Shown here piece after piece: positions 13,101 to 27,072 of a DNA stretch of 64,000 bases; the first letter of the stretch is position 1, and the number at the start of each line of letters is the position of its first letter. The stretch is taken from assembly GCA_977030845.1 (NCBI GenBank), contig OZ365113.1, forward strand, positions 29,512,001 through 29,576,000, in the 5' to 3' direction. The notes beneath the pieces were generated by a model, which ran no database searches, was not told where the DNA came from, and saw only the letters and a list, made by a program, of their open reading frames with translations. Position numbers and translations under genes: made by a program. This DNA comes from Fimbriosthenelais zetlandica. Its lineage: Eukaryota.

Positions 13101-14044
13101 AATCTGTAAACAGGGGGTCAGAGTTAGAGGTCTTAGAGAATAAATACGACATTGAAACAAGGATTATATTATCCAATCTGACATGGGAAAATGTCAACTG
13201 ACAGAGGATGTGATGGACAGCCTATAAATGTTAGCTGAAAGTGCTTATAACCCTGTCCAGGCAACAGATGTCTTTAGGCATTCTCAATGAAAAAGGGCAC
13301 AATTCTTTAAGGCATTCCTAGTGAAAAGAAAATTAGCCAAATATTTTTTTGGAGGGAAAGACCAGATTAGACTGGTTTTTGATAGATAACTGTAATTTAT
13401 AGGCCTACATATGTTCTAGTTTCTCTCAAATTTTCAAACTTCAATTATAAAGAATTATTTCCATAGCGATACTGTTTACTGTCTTTAAACTTGTATCAAC
13501 TTGAATAAGCAATGTCTATGACAGAGAGGACGAAAAGTAGATGAATAACAAAAGAACAAGATGAATATATGAAGATCCAAAGAATGTCATCAACAAAACA
13601 TCAAGAAGTCAATAAATGGTTGAAAATGCCAAAATGAAGAAGGCAGAAAAGGATAAAAACATTAAAAACCTCAAAGTAACAAAATATCAAGAACACTACA
13701 AGTAAATAGAGGTAAAAAAGAACCTAAAACAACAACGAATCAAAACATTGGGAAAACCAAAATAAACAATCAACTGGCTAATAAATTTTCGCCATAACAG
13801 TTTCCTGACTGTTACATATCACGGTGGCTGAAGGCGATGTACCATCTGGCCATTTGAGCCTCGTCGCCGATTTCTGGGTCAGTGGCGAAATAATGTTTCA
13901 ACCTACACACACAGGAAAATAAACAAAACCTGGAAAAACAAAAAATGTACCTTCACAACAATCTTCCAGTCAAGATGATTCAGTGAAATAATGGGTATAA
14001 ACTGCAGTACAATTGAACTGATTTATAGCAATGAAAGGTATGAT

Positions 14045-14082
14045 CAGAGACCCTATATGATAATAAATATATATGGTCTCTG
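14045..14082. mobile_element. 38-bp CA...TG palindromic insertion with 6/7 TSD
   Basis: GTATGAT [CAGAGACCcTATAT...ATATAtGGTCTCTG] GTTTGAT. Confidence 0.55.
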
Positions 14083-15410
14083 GTTTGATATGACGCTAAT
14101 GAGTGAGTGTCCACCACCACCTCATCAAAGCTGATTTATCTATGTGTTAATTGTAGATAATAGAACTAATATAAGTACATATAGGTGTGGCATACCACGT
14201 AGGTATAAGTGTATAATGACATTATATACCAAAGGATACATACTTCCTCGTGAGAGATTACAAAGTACTTTCTAATTTTCCGGCCTAAATTATCAACATA
14301 TCCATATATAAATAGGGTGATAGCTTGTAATAAGTCACGCTAGAAATAACTCCACTGGTATTAATATTGTAGATTCTGGCATGAACCTGTTCTAATATTA
14401 ATGGACTATTGGTCACGATACAATATGTAATTTTAATATCATATTTGTGAATTTGTACGGTAGCAGCTCATCATGGAACAAGAAACATATTCCATTTAAT
14501 ATCATTTTCAGATTCTAAGTTCTAAGACTACAAAAAAAGGAAATAGTTTTCAATAATACTTTTGCTGAAGAGTATCTCGATCCTTCATTTTGCATGTCTT
14601 CATTTATTACTAGTAAATGCCAATGGCACAAATCATTTCACTTGGTTTTTACCTCATGATGATAAATGACTGTACATGGCAACTGGAAATACTGGTAGTG
14701 AATTAGGTTGTGGAATGTAGGAAAAAGTTCTAGTCTTTGGCCTTATCATATTAGTTGGTTTATAACAATAGATTGTCTTGGCAGATGTTCAGACAGGTCT
14801 ATATGATTAATTGCCCTTCTGACAATTTATTGGTGGAAATAGGTTTATGTGTGATATGTACATTGTACTCTTAACGTTTTTTTAATGGGCTGAGTCAAGT
14901 TGATAATCTTCATAATCTTGCCTTTGGATAAATTATTTTTATGAGATTTGTGAAGATCGGGAAATGGTGTCACCTGAAAGTCTGAAATGAGGCAATGGCC
15001 TGAAAAGTTGAAACCCTATATAGGGTATATACCGGTACTTTACTAAGTGTGTGTCAATTTATAAGCCAAGTGATATTTTAATAATAAAGTAAAGTTTCTA
15101 TAAGATTAGGAATTGAAATATAAATTAGAAGGGATTGGAATGCATTTAATTGTGTATGTGCATGACTGCATATAAATTATATGATTAACATCTATAAGGG
15201 ATCCATGAATGTACACCCACATGTTCTAAACCTGACTTGTGTCAAGCAGTTCTGAGGATATCAATTACAATTCATGTATCTTATCATAATTGGCCTCACT
15301 CACTCTCATTACCTTATCTCGATCATTTATCAAAGGTCTAACAGTCCGAATGGTACTGAGAAACAAAGCGGACCCTTATTATGGTCTTAACATGTTCGAG
15401 GTAGAAGGGG

Positions 15411-15476
15411 CACGGCGGTGTAAGTGGCTAGAGAGTCTGCCCCGTGTGTGGAAGGTCGCCGGTTTGAACCATGGCC
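15411..15476 (+). mobile_element. SINE head fragment (tRNA-like A/B boxes)
   Basis: CACGGCGGTGTAAGTGGCTAGAGAGTCTGCCCCGTGTGTGGAAGGTCGCCGGTTTGAACC matches the head of the 9400-9720 copy. Confidence 0.7.
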
Positions 15477-17749
15477 AATAGACTCTTTGAGTAAAGCTAC
15501 ATTTGTGCATATATGTGCAATAGAAAACTTTGCCTAACAACTAAACTGATAATGAGAAAAACAAGTAGATATCTGTAGAAAATGGCTCTATAATCAATCA
15601 TTTAAGGACATAATAATATGAAAGGAAGATTACAATTTTGTGTGATTATAATATTATTCAAATTGTAATGTATAATTTAAGCATTCTTAGCGAGTGATTA
15701 AAGATGGATGGACGAATGTGGGCTGCAGGGTCATTAACATGGTTACGGGCAGAAAATTATCCATTTGTTTTAAATGTGACAATACCACTGGTGTCAAAGC
15801 ATTACGCCATGAAATATAGGACTGTTTAAATGCTGGGTCAGACTCAGCTGTGAAATGAACATGAAATGTTAAACGTCCTGGTATATTTCATCAGGAGGTT
15901 ATTGAATCAGTCAGTGTGAAATCAGTCTGTCACTTCAAGAGACAAACTGTTTTAAAGTGTCCCCTTCTGTTTTATCATCTAATTAAAAGGAATGGAAAGG
16001 ACAGATTTGGGTCACTAAAGCAATGTTATTAGCTGAGGCAAATTAGAATATCACATAAATAAGATTTAAAATATCAAATAAACAAAATCTGTTACACTTG
16101 AAAAATTTCTTTTTCAGTTGCAGGTTTATGTAGAACATGTGTACAACGCATCCACACCCTGGGGAGATTTGCGATCTAACGAACTGAGTTAATTCAATTC
16201 AATATAGATCTTTTATATTAATAAAATAAATAGTCTTTCTAACTCCGGTCTCCCTATCCCATAACGTTATCAAAGTCCATTAGATTTTGTTCAATTTCAG
16301 GGATTAATGAGCCAGTCCATGTCTATCAGATGAAACTGAGTATCTAAGGATAGAACAGGAATAAATGGCAAAGAAATAACTTAAAACATTGTTTTTCAAT
16401 CAGAGTTCTCCCATCAAAACTCCCATTTTCCTCCAAGAAATAGATATCCTTGGCTTAATCCATTTTACGATTCAATTTAATCTGGAAAAGTTTCCATGTT
16501 CCAAGTTCCCATCCACTTCCATCATCCCTCCCATCATCAAGGTCCCTGATGTCATTTATTTTCTGAAGTTTAAAAAGTTGAAATTGATTTTCAGTGACCT
16601 GGCATGCAGTGAGGAGGGAGAGGCAACTACTGCTGGATCCATCGCCTCCTTTACAAATCGTCCCCTGAAAATAGGTCAATGTTTGCCAAGGTATAAAAGT
16701 GAGGCGGAGAGAGAATGGGACTTTTTAACGTGCAAGGATTATGTATACAAATATGTAGGGAGGAGATTGGTGGCTTACTATGTCCAGTGATACCTGAGAC
16801 ATGGATAGGATCACAAGTATGTAGAAGCTATGCTTCAGGTTTGCCACTCAAACAAAGGGATTGGTAATGGGTAGAATAGAGACATCGCATGTTCTTTCGT
16901 CTCAAGCCAGGACATCACTAGGCCCTACTGCGATTTTGCAAGTATACTACTGCGACAAAATTGAGGCCAGTGTCCCAATGAAAAAAAAAATCGGTTATAA
17001 TAGTTCTATAGATAAAATTCCCTAAGGATTCTACTTAAGATTGTCCTCCTTCTCGTTTTCAATGTAAAGGAAAGGCTTATTGCCTGGTCTGCTAAGGCAA
17101 TGAACCAAACTTAGATTTGCAATATTTAGAATGTCAGTCCAAATAGAGGGGTTCCATATAAATAGAGGCCAAAAGCGTGACATTTGAAAAAAAAAAAAAT
17201 TGCTGCGGACTGACGAAAATCCGATGCAGACTGGAAGAGTAAAATGTCTACTTTCATATTCTTGCATTTTTTTTGAAATTTTATGAATAATTTGGCAGAA
17301 AAAGAGAAAAATCTGGGTCAAGGTCAGGGATCGATCACGTGCGTTACATGGACATCTATGGAAACAAAATCAACCACAATATCAACAGAAATGGCTTCCC
17401 AACTGAATTATACCCATAATATTGATAAAGAAATAGTCTTTGTAGCACATTTCTAAAGAAAATTCAATATAATTTACTTTAAATTACTTTTTTAACCATT
17501 TTTAACCAGTTTTGACATTGCATAATCTGGCCCGGTACCGGTCAATATTTAACATTTGAAAAAAAGAGTCTAGTTTGATTTCTTTGCTACAAGCATCATT
17601 TATACATTTAAACTACACTCTATCAATTAAGGATATGTGAAAAAATTGCATTTATTTAAGGAAATTAAGTCAGGATGGCGAGTGTGTACTCATGTAGGTT
17701 CTTGGACATTTATCATGTATGTGATGATTATTGACATATCTGACCCAGG

Positions 17750-17992
17750 TGTTACTCTGTCCAACAATGCCTACATGATAGACCTAATTCATTAGATACA
17801 TATATGTGATCAACACTTGAGAAAAACCTAATCTTTTAAAAGTTCTTTTTAAACAAAATACAATTTACCTTCAAAGAACTCTTTCAATTGAGGACAAACG
17901 TAAAAATAATAATAAACCTATCATGTATTTCACTCTTGACAGTGGTGACCCGTTGTTGCTCTGTCCAGCAATGCCTACATGATAGACATAAT
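17750..17992. repeat. Dispersed 39-bp direct duplication in an ATCATGTA/TACATGAT-rich tract (probable DNA-transposon remnant)
   Basis: 17750-17788 and 17954-17992 differ at 3 of 39 positions; the motif recurs many times between about 17.6 and 18.8 kb. Confidence 0.55.
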
Positions 17993-20900
17993 CATCATTT
18001 TACATGATAGAAACATCATTTTTTCACTTTTGTTTCGGAAGATCGAAAAAATATAAAACCCCTAAGCAATTCAATTCAAGAAACAGTCTCAATTTTAGGA
18101 TAAGATTACAAATAAGTTATATTTTTAAGTCAAATAAGTCAAATAACCTACATGATGACCTACTTGATACCTTGCTATTTGACAGTGCTCTGCATTTATG
18201 TCAGCAACTCCCCTATTATCAGTCAGAGAACTCTCATAATTTAAGCAAAAGACAGAAAAACAACGTTGAGTTACAAAACCTAAACATTGTCAATGAAATC
18301 TCTATGTACTCAGAGATAAATTCCATATAGTATCATGTATGTTACCATGTTATCATGTAGGTTATAATGATATTTTTCTAGAGGTACTTACGGGACTTGC
18401 TGTCCCCTTTCCATCCTGCTGGCAACACATGTAAAACTCTGTCAAGGTGAAGGTCAGAAGCCTTGCCAGATATACTCTCGAATCCCAACATGAAAATTTT
18501 GTTTTAAATATTTTAAATCTTAAGTTAAAATAGAAAATCATGTACGTTTTATTGGAAAAAATTAAAATTTTGTAGGTTTGGTCCTTCTGTGGAAAAAACT
18601 CTTTATAAAGTATCAGGAAAACTCTTTTCAGTGTATGAATTGAGGGTTTCTTGATACTTATCATAAGTTATCCATGACATCACACTCTCTCTGACCTCAT
18701 GATTGGGCCTTATGATATATCGGGATTCTTGACCAAAAAATCACGTACATGATGTAAATTTCAACATCATTTAAAATTATATAAAAAGAAGGAGAAAATC
18801 TTTATTTCCTATTAAATGTATTTACAAATAGATATTCTTTAAATATCATACCAAATTATTGGTTTGGCTCTTCAACAAGCGGCGTCACATGCGAGCGAAG
18901 TACGCCAAAAAAAATGTCACGCTGGACACCCCCAAAATCAGACCAAATTCCATGAAAAAACTCAAAAATAAAAATATTACAAGTATATGATGTCTCTAAA
19001 AGTAAGAGGAAAGCCTCAACATAACCGTCTTTATATAAGGGGAAAAAAATTGGGAAAAAAAACGTATTTTTGACGGTTTTATGAAGGATTGAAGTTCAAG
19101 TTGATATTGGCCTCATTTTAAATGGACACGCTCAATACAGATCTTCAAAGAGCTAATTATAGACACCTAGATTAATGCCAGTCAATAAACTCTTCTGTTG
19201 TCGTTTGGAATACCGGCTCAGTGCATACCCTAGGCCTACACAAGATCAATTTTGGTCGTCATGTTCTAACCCACATCTCCTACTTTGAACAAGGGTTTAT
19301 CTGAGGAAGAATGTGTCAGTGTCATGTCCAATGAAAAGCCCTTGAAAGAAGTGTACCTGATCATTAGAAATGCCCTATTACAGGTCTGGAGCTATGAAGG
19401 AGCCCTGAAGCATGGCACTGAATGGTATATAGAGCATATATATATTAAGACCAGTAGAGGACTATTTCAACAGCTGTTGAGATGTGGGTTGGTCTATTTT
19501 GATGACATAACCCATTTATTTTCAATCTTTCATGAACATTCTGAGGACCTTTCACAAAACTGAAATTGCATGCATTGTATGAATGCGTTGTTAGGGCACT
19601 GCTGTCCCATTTGTGGAACTGTTCCTCCAAAAACAAACTATGCATGGAAATTTCACATTTCACATTTTATGCTTTCTTTGTATTTACAAGATACTTTCAA
19701 ATGACAGGAGGTGCACGGGACTTAACCAATAAGGAAGTTTAAGTTCTTCTTAATTTAAGGAGTAAGGACAAGTGTTGAACGACCACAGAATAACCTTTGA
19801 TAACAAATGATCTATCCCATCATCCAAATAAGGGTTATGTATAAGAGTTATGTATAATCTATTAATTTCATATCAATAATTCTCAATTGTACGAATCCAC
19901 TCAGATGCTAGCATGACAGTAATTTTTCTTAGCCTAATAAGAATAAATCCCTTAATTTAGGATCGGTAGCAATGGGGACTGAATGTTGCCCATTGAAGGG
20001 CCTGGTAAACCACATTGGGAACATCCCAGGTGTTTCTGACTGTGGGATTTTAAAATGTCAGAACTAAGATAATAAAAATATAGATTATGGAAAGGGATAT
20101 GCCTCGTATCTGACAAACATGTATATACATGGCAAAGATTAAAGACCCGATAACATTGGCCACACCTGGATTTTCTACAGCATATAATATTAAAGGCAAT
20201 ATTCCTTCCTGGTCAAGAAAATATTCTTGTACATAGTTCTACATGTGTCCATAGTAAATAATGTTGATTTAAAAGTAGACCTCGAGATCATGCCCTCAAT
20301 ATCTATAGATACTATGATAAGAGAAGTAGTTAGTACAGTACTAACGACTGGTGTGTATGTGTTCTTGGCTAACAATACTGTGCAATACAAGATTCTATCG
20401 TTTTCCATATGACATCTATAATATGGATCTACAATATTCCTATAAGTATCTTACAGATTTAGTGGAAATATTTCTAAAATTTAGCAACTGAAAAAGGCCT
20501 TTATATTAAATTATTTCAATGTGCATAAGTAAATTATTATTCAGGGTTATGAACTGTCAAACATTTCATGATATCTAGATCATAGAAGGAGTAACTAATT
20601 TATTAAGTTGTGTTTCGCTAATGTTATGCCATTATATGGTAATTTATAAGCCTTACATGTGTACTAGGCCTATCGTCCCTAATCATGTTCAATACACAAA
20701 TAGAACAACTCATAAGAATGAACTATATGTATATATATATATATATGATCTTCAAAATGCTTCATAGGCAGTATGCTCTCTATACCTTACACCCTCTATA
20801 TCATCTCAATTTTGTAGAATTTATAGATATCCATGTATAGGTAGCCATAGAAATCAGATGGTGTATGTGGTAATGAGGGGTGCATACTCCTTTATCGCTC

Positions 20901-23834
20901 ACCCCTTAGCCGGGAGTGTGAGGGGGCACACAATGCTAAGTAGGTTGAACAAATTAATTTAAAGTAGAAATGGATACCTTTCAGTGACATTAGCAAGGTA
21001 AGTTTAAAACCAGAAAAAGGGATGTTTTCATGTACATTTCCCACACATGGACATAGGGAAGATTCACCTAAAAGGTGATATGCAACTTAGGGAGAAATTC
21101 AGTTGCCATGACTTAAGTCTTAAATGTTGACAATGGCCACTGCTTGGGGTTCATACTCATAGTCACACCTTTCAGTTTCAGTTGAGGATATTACAGTTCC
21201 CGGTCCTCAAAAAAGTTGTATGTAAATATCTCATGTTTCATGGGAAAATGGCTGTAATTATGACATGGAATAAGACACATGAGAAGGTTCGCTTTATGGT
21301 GGGTTGGTAATATTTTGAGTACCCCCCGAGGCCCAGATCAGCAGTAAGAAGGTCCCGGACCAAAACAACGGCATGGGGAGCAAACTTCACAAATCAAAAC
21401 CTCAAACTTTGACTGTAGAAATGAGATCAGGACTTACCAGAATCCTAGAGGGATCAAGGTATACTCCAACCAGATTGTAATCCCTTTTTGTCAGGTGTAG
21501 CTTTCACGTTTTGGTGAACATTTTAGAAAGACGGGGGGATGAATTTCAATGGCGTCTGTGTGTGTATTGTACCAGTGAGTGAGTGTGTGAGTGAGTAAGG
21601 ACTGGCCACAGGGGTATGGTATGGAACGTGTGTGATACTGGAGGCGAGAGGAGGTAGTGTGGAGGAAGCGAGGGAGGTATATATACCGCAAAACCTCTCA
21701 ATAATCAATTCAATTCAAAACTTGATTTCGGTCGAATAAATGAATGTTTCTTATTGCGGACTCGTCTATATACATTACAATACATATAGGGGTCCATAAT
21801 TACAGGGAAAAAAACAGCACAGACATACCAAAATGATAGACTACTGGGTACTTTGTAAATATACCTAGGGGATATATAGATATTTGGACATGTATTTGGC
21901 TATGAGTCGACAATTAATCTGGAAAATGAGGTAACCAGATTTAATTAAATTACTAGGTGTACCTTATGATCAGGGGGAAATGGATAGATTTTTGCATCAG
22001 GAAATCTACTTGCAGAAAGGCAAATTTTTTAGATTTGGGACTTTGAAAATATGTTCAATATTCCTAAGTGTTTCTACATGGAGGTTTTACGGTAACATCA
22101 ACCGACCCTATAGGCTATTCGCTTCATGGCAGCAAGCCCGTGGTATCCCACTAAGTTCTTACTGTGAGTATGGCAATCCGGATGCGAACATATCTCAATA
22201 AATGCCTGTAATCCACATATTAAATTATTTTATTTCTATAATGTGAGAATTTAACATTTACTATGTAGTTCTTTTTTCCTAAATCTCATATATCTGTGGA
22301 AATATTCCCCAAGAAATCAATCCTTAGATGTTTTAGTCTACGTTTGACTTTCCATTAACTGCCTCCACCTAACCAGCGTTCTGGAATCATGGCCTGCCAT
22401 CTTATGGACAGGTAATGAACTAAACGTGTGTGATGGGGAGTGGGGTGTCTTTGTGATGCAGTGCGGGGGTTGGATTTATCTAGGTCATGACCCATCATGT
22501 GGCCTAGATCTGACCCGAAAATAATATTAATTGGCTTTTTTTAACATCCCCCGAGGAGTAATGATAGTAAAAATAGCTTCATTTGAAAAGAGTTGGTCAA
22601 ATATTATCAAACGTTGAAAATAATTTTTTTAAACAAAATATTTGGAACTCCACTATTTCCAGCACTCTATAATAACGATATAATGTCAATAGCCTAATGC
22701 AACGGGCATTTGGAAGCCTGGAGTATAGATATACTTTCCATATGGAAAATGACTTTTACGCTCATAGTATTAAAACTTCTTTCTGAAAAAAATATCCATG
22801 GGAAGGGTAACTCCCTACCTTTTATCATGGAACATGATTCATACATGAAACAACATGAAACATATCCATGAAATTTGTGGGCGTTTCATGATCTTTGTTG
22901 TTTGTAACCAAAGAAGGCTCTGGCATGCAGTGATGGAGAGTTGGGTGCACTGAAAAGAAATATGACAGGAAAGGGCTGGGAGGGGGAAGGGGGGGGTGGG
23001 GTTGATAGCTTGGTGTATTGATCCCATATAAAATCTGATGACACTTCGTGACGGATGAAAATGGAAGATCCATTTGTAAGATGTTTGGTGTACGAGATGA
23101 AAATGAAGCGTTTCACTCATTTCTGTAGGCTTTTCTAAGTCACGAGTATTTCCTGTGAGAGAGTATAGGCCCATGCATCATATATTCATTGAAAAATAAG
23201 TTGTCTTCAGACCAGAAAAGTTTCATAAAGAATATTACTTATTTGATTGTAGACATATTTCTCGATCTGAGCCGCATTACGATATCAAATGATTGAATCA
23301 ACGCTATAACTAAAATATTGTAGTGAAATACACCATACACATTGATTGGAGATTGGAGTGGTTCAACGATTTGACACCAGGAGAACCATAAGAAGGTTAA
23401 ATAACCTGTATACTTGTTTAGAAAAAAGTATGGGACGATTTAAAGGCATTTGGGAACGAAAAAAAAATCATCATTTTTGGTTTGGTCATTTTAATCATAA
23501 GTAGCGTAAGATGTTCGAGATGAGCAGCTCGGGGGTCTGTTCCACAAGAAAATTATTGATCTAAATTGCCCCATGTATAGGCATTGTATATTATATTCAC
23601 CATTAGTACATGTGGCTCATTGGAGTCATGAGACAGGCCCCAGTTCATGAGATCTTTAGCGTCAGTGGAGATTAATTATAGAAGGCACTGGTATTTTCAA
23701 CTGTGGCTATAGGTTGTACATGCATAGATACCACTTAATGTTTACCATTATAGAGGGTTGCCAATGAAATAAACATGATGCAACCTGGAAGTACCCAAGA
23801 TGTTTGCATGTTTCTCTTGATTGACTGTATGGTT

Positions 23835-24070
23835 GTTTAACTTTCAACTTTCAACAATTTCTCAGTTTATGACGATGCCTACTTGTGATAGTGAGCCCTA
23901 TGCTCTTTTATAGTGCTGCATCACTGTGGTATCACATCACAGACATGATACCTCACCCAGTCACATTATACCGACACATAGTCTGTTTGAGTTGAGTCAG
24001 GGACGAACCGACTAACTGACACCAGGCCAACCAACCCTAGTACTGTCCTGTTATTGCTGAGTGCCAAGCG
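23835..24070 (-). mobile_element. SINE copy (MetaSINE-like, lacking head) carrying a 38-bp nested insertion
   Basis: Shared core and tail; insertion at 23978-24015 is absent from the other copies. Confidence 0.8.
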
Positions 24071-26808
24071 CGGTGTTCGCATGTTTGACTATGGTACTAA
24101 TTTGCTTCAATTTGATGCATTCTCAATCTGGCTATGATACTCCTCAAATGCATTACCCTATATGTGTTACAATATTGTGAAGTAGATGGGCTATGGAACA
24201 CCTTGATATGAATGGATCCAATAATTAATCAAATCACTCAATGAATAATCAATCAGAATGGCATGGGTCTGCCTGCAGGTGGAGTAAAGAGTTATGAGGC
24301 ATGAATAATGTCTTTCAAAGCAGGTAATCACCACAAAACCACATTATAATAATGGCGGAGCAGTAAATGTTTTTCACATATATATATTTTCCACCAGTGT
24401 CTGACCAAGGATGATAGAGGTATGGATATATAGAACACCATGTAAGCTGCTATAATTTATTTTACCATAAATTATTATACTCTAATTCGGGACATACATG
24501 TATAATCTAATATACTAATCCTTAGAGTAAGGTATACACTATGGGTAGTAGGGTGGAAAATCATATGTTGTTTCATAATGGTCTCAGTTAAAACCAAGTC
24601 CGTTTTGCGCACTCCCGCCAAAGTACAGACATGAGTAATGGAGTTGATTCCAAAATTAAGTATATTTCAGTTAATCATATTATGCTTGGCTATAAAACAT
24701 CAATGAATTACGGGAATATACATGTATATAATAAATTCCTCGAAGACTTTGCTACGACGCTTTTATGAATAATAGTTCCTATAGCCCTATTGGATTAATT
24801 ATATTTTTGGCACGGTTCTCGCAAGAATAACTAATGTATTGGAATAAGAGAGGTAAAAAGCTATCGACTTGATGTTAATTAAGGGAGGAAATAATACATT
24901 GTATATGTAGCATATATAATCACTTGTAAAACATTTGAGATTCAAATGTGCGTCAAACATTTTTAACACAAAGGTTGTTATGCCTAATCAGTGTTTATTA
25001 TAATGTATTTTGACTTGTTCAGGTGCTCTGTTGTATACGAACCTCAGGGTATTATTGCCTCAGGCAGCGTAACGGATGGCTAAATCCATTTATGAGGTTG
25101 CCCGGACCCATGTAAAGATATCTGATTCCATAAAATACCAATAGCCTAATGAAATAGAGGGAGTGGAAAAGGCATGGCATGGCGACCCTCGTTAAATTTT
25201 CAAATCAGAAAATTCCTGTAATTAGTTCAAGCTCGGAGTCTACATGGATGTAGGAACTGGAATGGGGGGGGGGGGGGGCGGGGGACGGGGCAGTTTCACC
25301 TAGGCACTCGGACAGCTCAAAATTATGGTCCGGGGCAAGCAGTCCAGTAAAATCAGGAGTCTCATTCCTGAATATGGGTGTAGTGGCCCCCTGATTTCCC
25401 GACAAAATAATTATATAGCCTATGATTATAGCATGCAAGATAAATTGGTAGGGGCCAAACCCTATCCTGGCCACAAATCCTTTGGTAGGGGGAATGACCC
25501 CTGTGCCCCCCCCCCCCCCCCCCCCCTCCCGTTTTTTCTACATTCCTGCCTCAGTGAACGCTTTAGTTTTCATGTCATTCCCTCCCCTGACCCTCATCCC
25601 CCCCTCTCCCTCCTCCCTCCATTTCTCCCCTCCCTCTCCTCATACTTCCACAAGCACTGTTGTTTGTACACAAACAATAGCTGTTACTATAGTAGAACGA
25701 GGTATACACTCTACACGGCCTCCGACCAGTAGTATAAAGCAACTTTAAATAATTCTAAACCAGATCACAAGTAGCCAAAGACAGGGCAACTTCACACTCA
25801 TATAGACCGGGAATCAATACATATGGCACTACCCCATAATACATTTAAAGGATTAAGGAAATAATAGTAGGCCTTCAACATACTAAGGTAGAAACTCTCA
25901 TGTTTAAAGTTAATTTCAATTGCTTATCTGGCGCCTAAATGATTATTTTTCCTTTTTATCAAAATGTCAGTGATTCTAATAGCCAAGGAAATCAATTTCC
26001 AACACAGTGTTATTAAGATATTAATCATCTGTAAGGTTTTGAGTAAAGTTGATCAGTTCATTATTTATTGAGAACCAAAACATCACATTACCATGGGTTG
26101 TGTGGTAAAGGTATTGATCGGACTGAAGAACTAAAGTTTTTTCTTTGCCCCCGAGATGAAGGTAACTATTTTGCATCAAGACACTTTTAAATTATGCATT
26201 ACAATCTATCAATCTATCTATAAGGAAAACGCCGTATGCAGTATATTTTAGGAATTAAATATTACATATTAGTATAATTATTACTGCTTTATAGTAAAAG
26301 AGTTTGTACTATTACTGAGGAGTACAGTACACCTTTAAAATAAAAGAAGATTATAGTTGGGCTACTATTTCTTACCGAGATTAAAAGGTATAAATGACTG
26401 GAGCAAATCCATCCCGCATTTGCATGGTCTTAGACAGGAACTGTACATGTAGGCTATACATGTAATTACAATCATTTTCTTGCAGTATTTCCAAGGATCG
26501 GCAGTGGTTCCGAACAAGAGTCAACTGAGGGAGAAGGAGCCGACAGAAACATTATAGTGAAGAGAAGGTAAAAGAAGAGGAAGAACTAAAACCACAAAAG
26601 TTGATAATCCAACTGAACATAATAAAATTCAACCTGAAAAAGACACAAAACAAAGGAGTGTTTAAACAAATATTGGGACAAGGAGAGAGAACAAGGCGGA
26701 ACCAAAGCAACAATAATAGTCGCTGCTAGCATTTAATAAATAAAAGGACAAAAGACAATTGTTAAGAGAGATCCAAGGATATATTAAGGACAAAACAAAA
26801 CAGGAAAG

Positions 26809-27072
26809 ATGGCAAGAGGAGAAGGACAAGGAGAAGGGGGAGGTAAAGGAGGCCTCTGTCCGGGAATTTTGTGGGGCATTCTCTGGTTTTTTGGTATAAT
26901 TTTTGTAGCCTGGCCAGTGGCAGGCTTTCTAGCAGGCTGGTACATCTTCCTCCTACCCTTCGCTGCTTGTATAGGCCCCATCAAATCCGCCTGTGACTTT
27001 TTACTCAAGGGAGTACAACTGCCTTTTACTTTCGCAGAAAATATGGTGGCAATGAAAGCCTGTTGTTCTTAA
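26809..27072 (+). CDS. 87-aa uncharacterised small membrane protein, intronless CDS
   Basis: Good start context (aaagATGG); two hydrophobic Gly/Trp/Pro-rich segments (ILWGILWFFGIIFVAWPVAGFLAGWYIFLLPFAAC); Cys-rich C-terminus. It follows a 3' splice site (ttttcttgcag ending 26485) and a 323-nt leader with no ATG, and precedes AATAAA at 27358. Confidence 0.75.
   Translation: MARGEGQGEGGGKGGLCPGILWGILWFFGIIFVAWPVAGFLAGWYIFLLPFAACIGPIKSACDFLLKGVQLPFTFAENMVAMKACCS

Noticed and set aside
13787-13890. Possible MITE with TTTCGCCA/TGGCGAAA ends
   Set aside because: Only an 8-bp inverted repeat and no TSD.
16575-16680. Exon-like segment DLACSEEGEATTAGSIASFTNRPLK between ttttcag and a weak donor
   Set aside because: No homology recognised and no neighbouring exons.
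19285-19563. 92-aa ORF
   Set aside because: Starts at TTG, has no motifs and lies in repeat-like surroundings.
23978-24015. Hammerhead-like GA-GTC-agg-GAC-GAA within the SINE insertion
   Set aside because: Lacks the CUGANGA and GAAA catalytic core and the stem III/NUH geometry.
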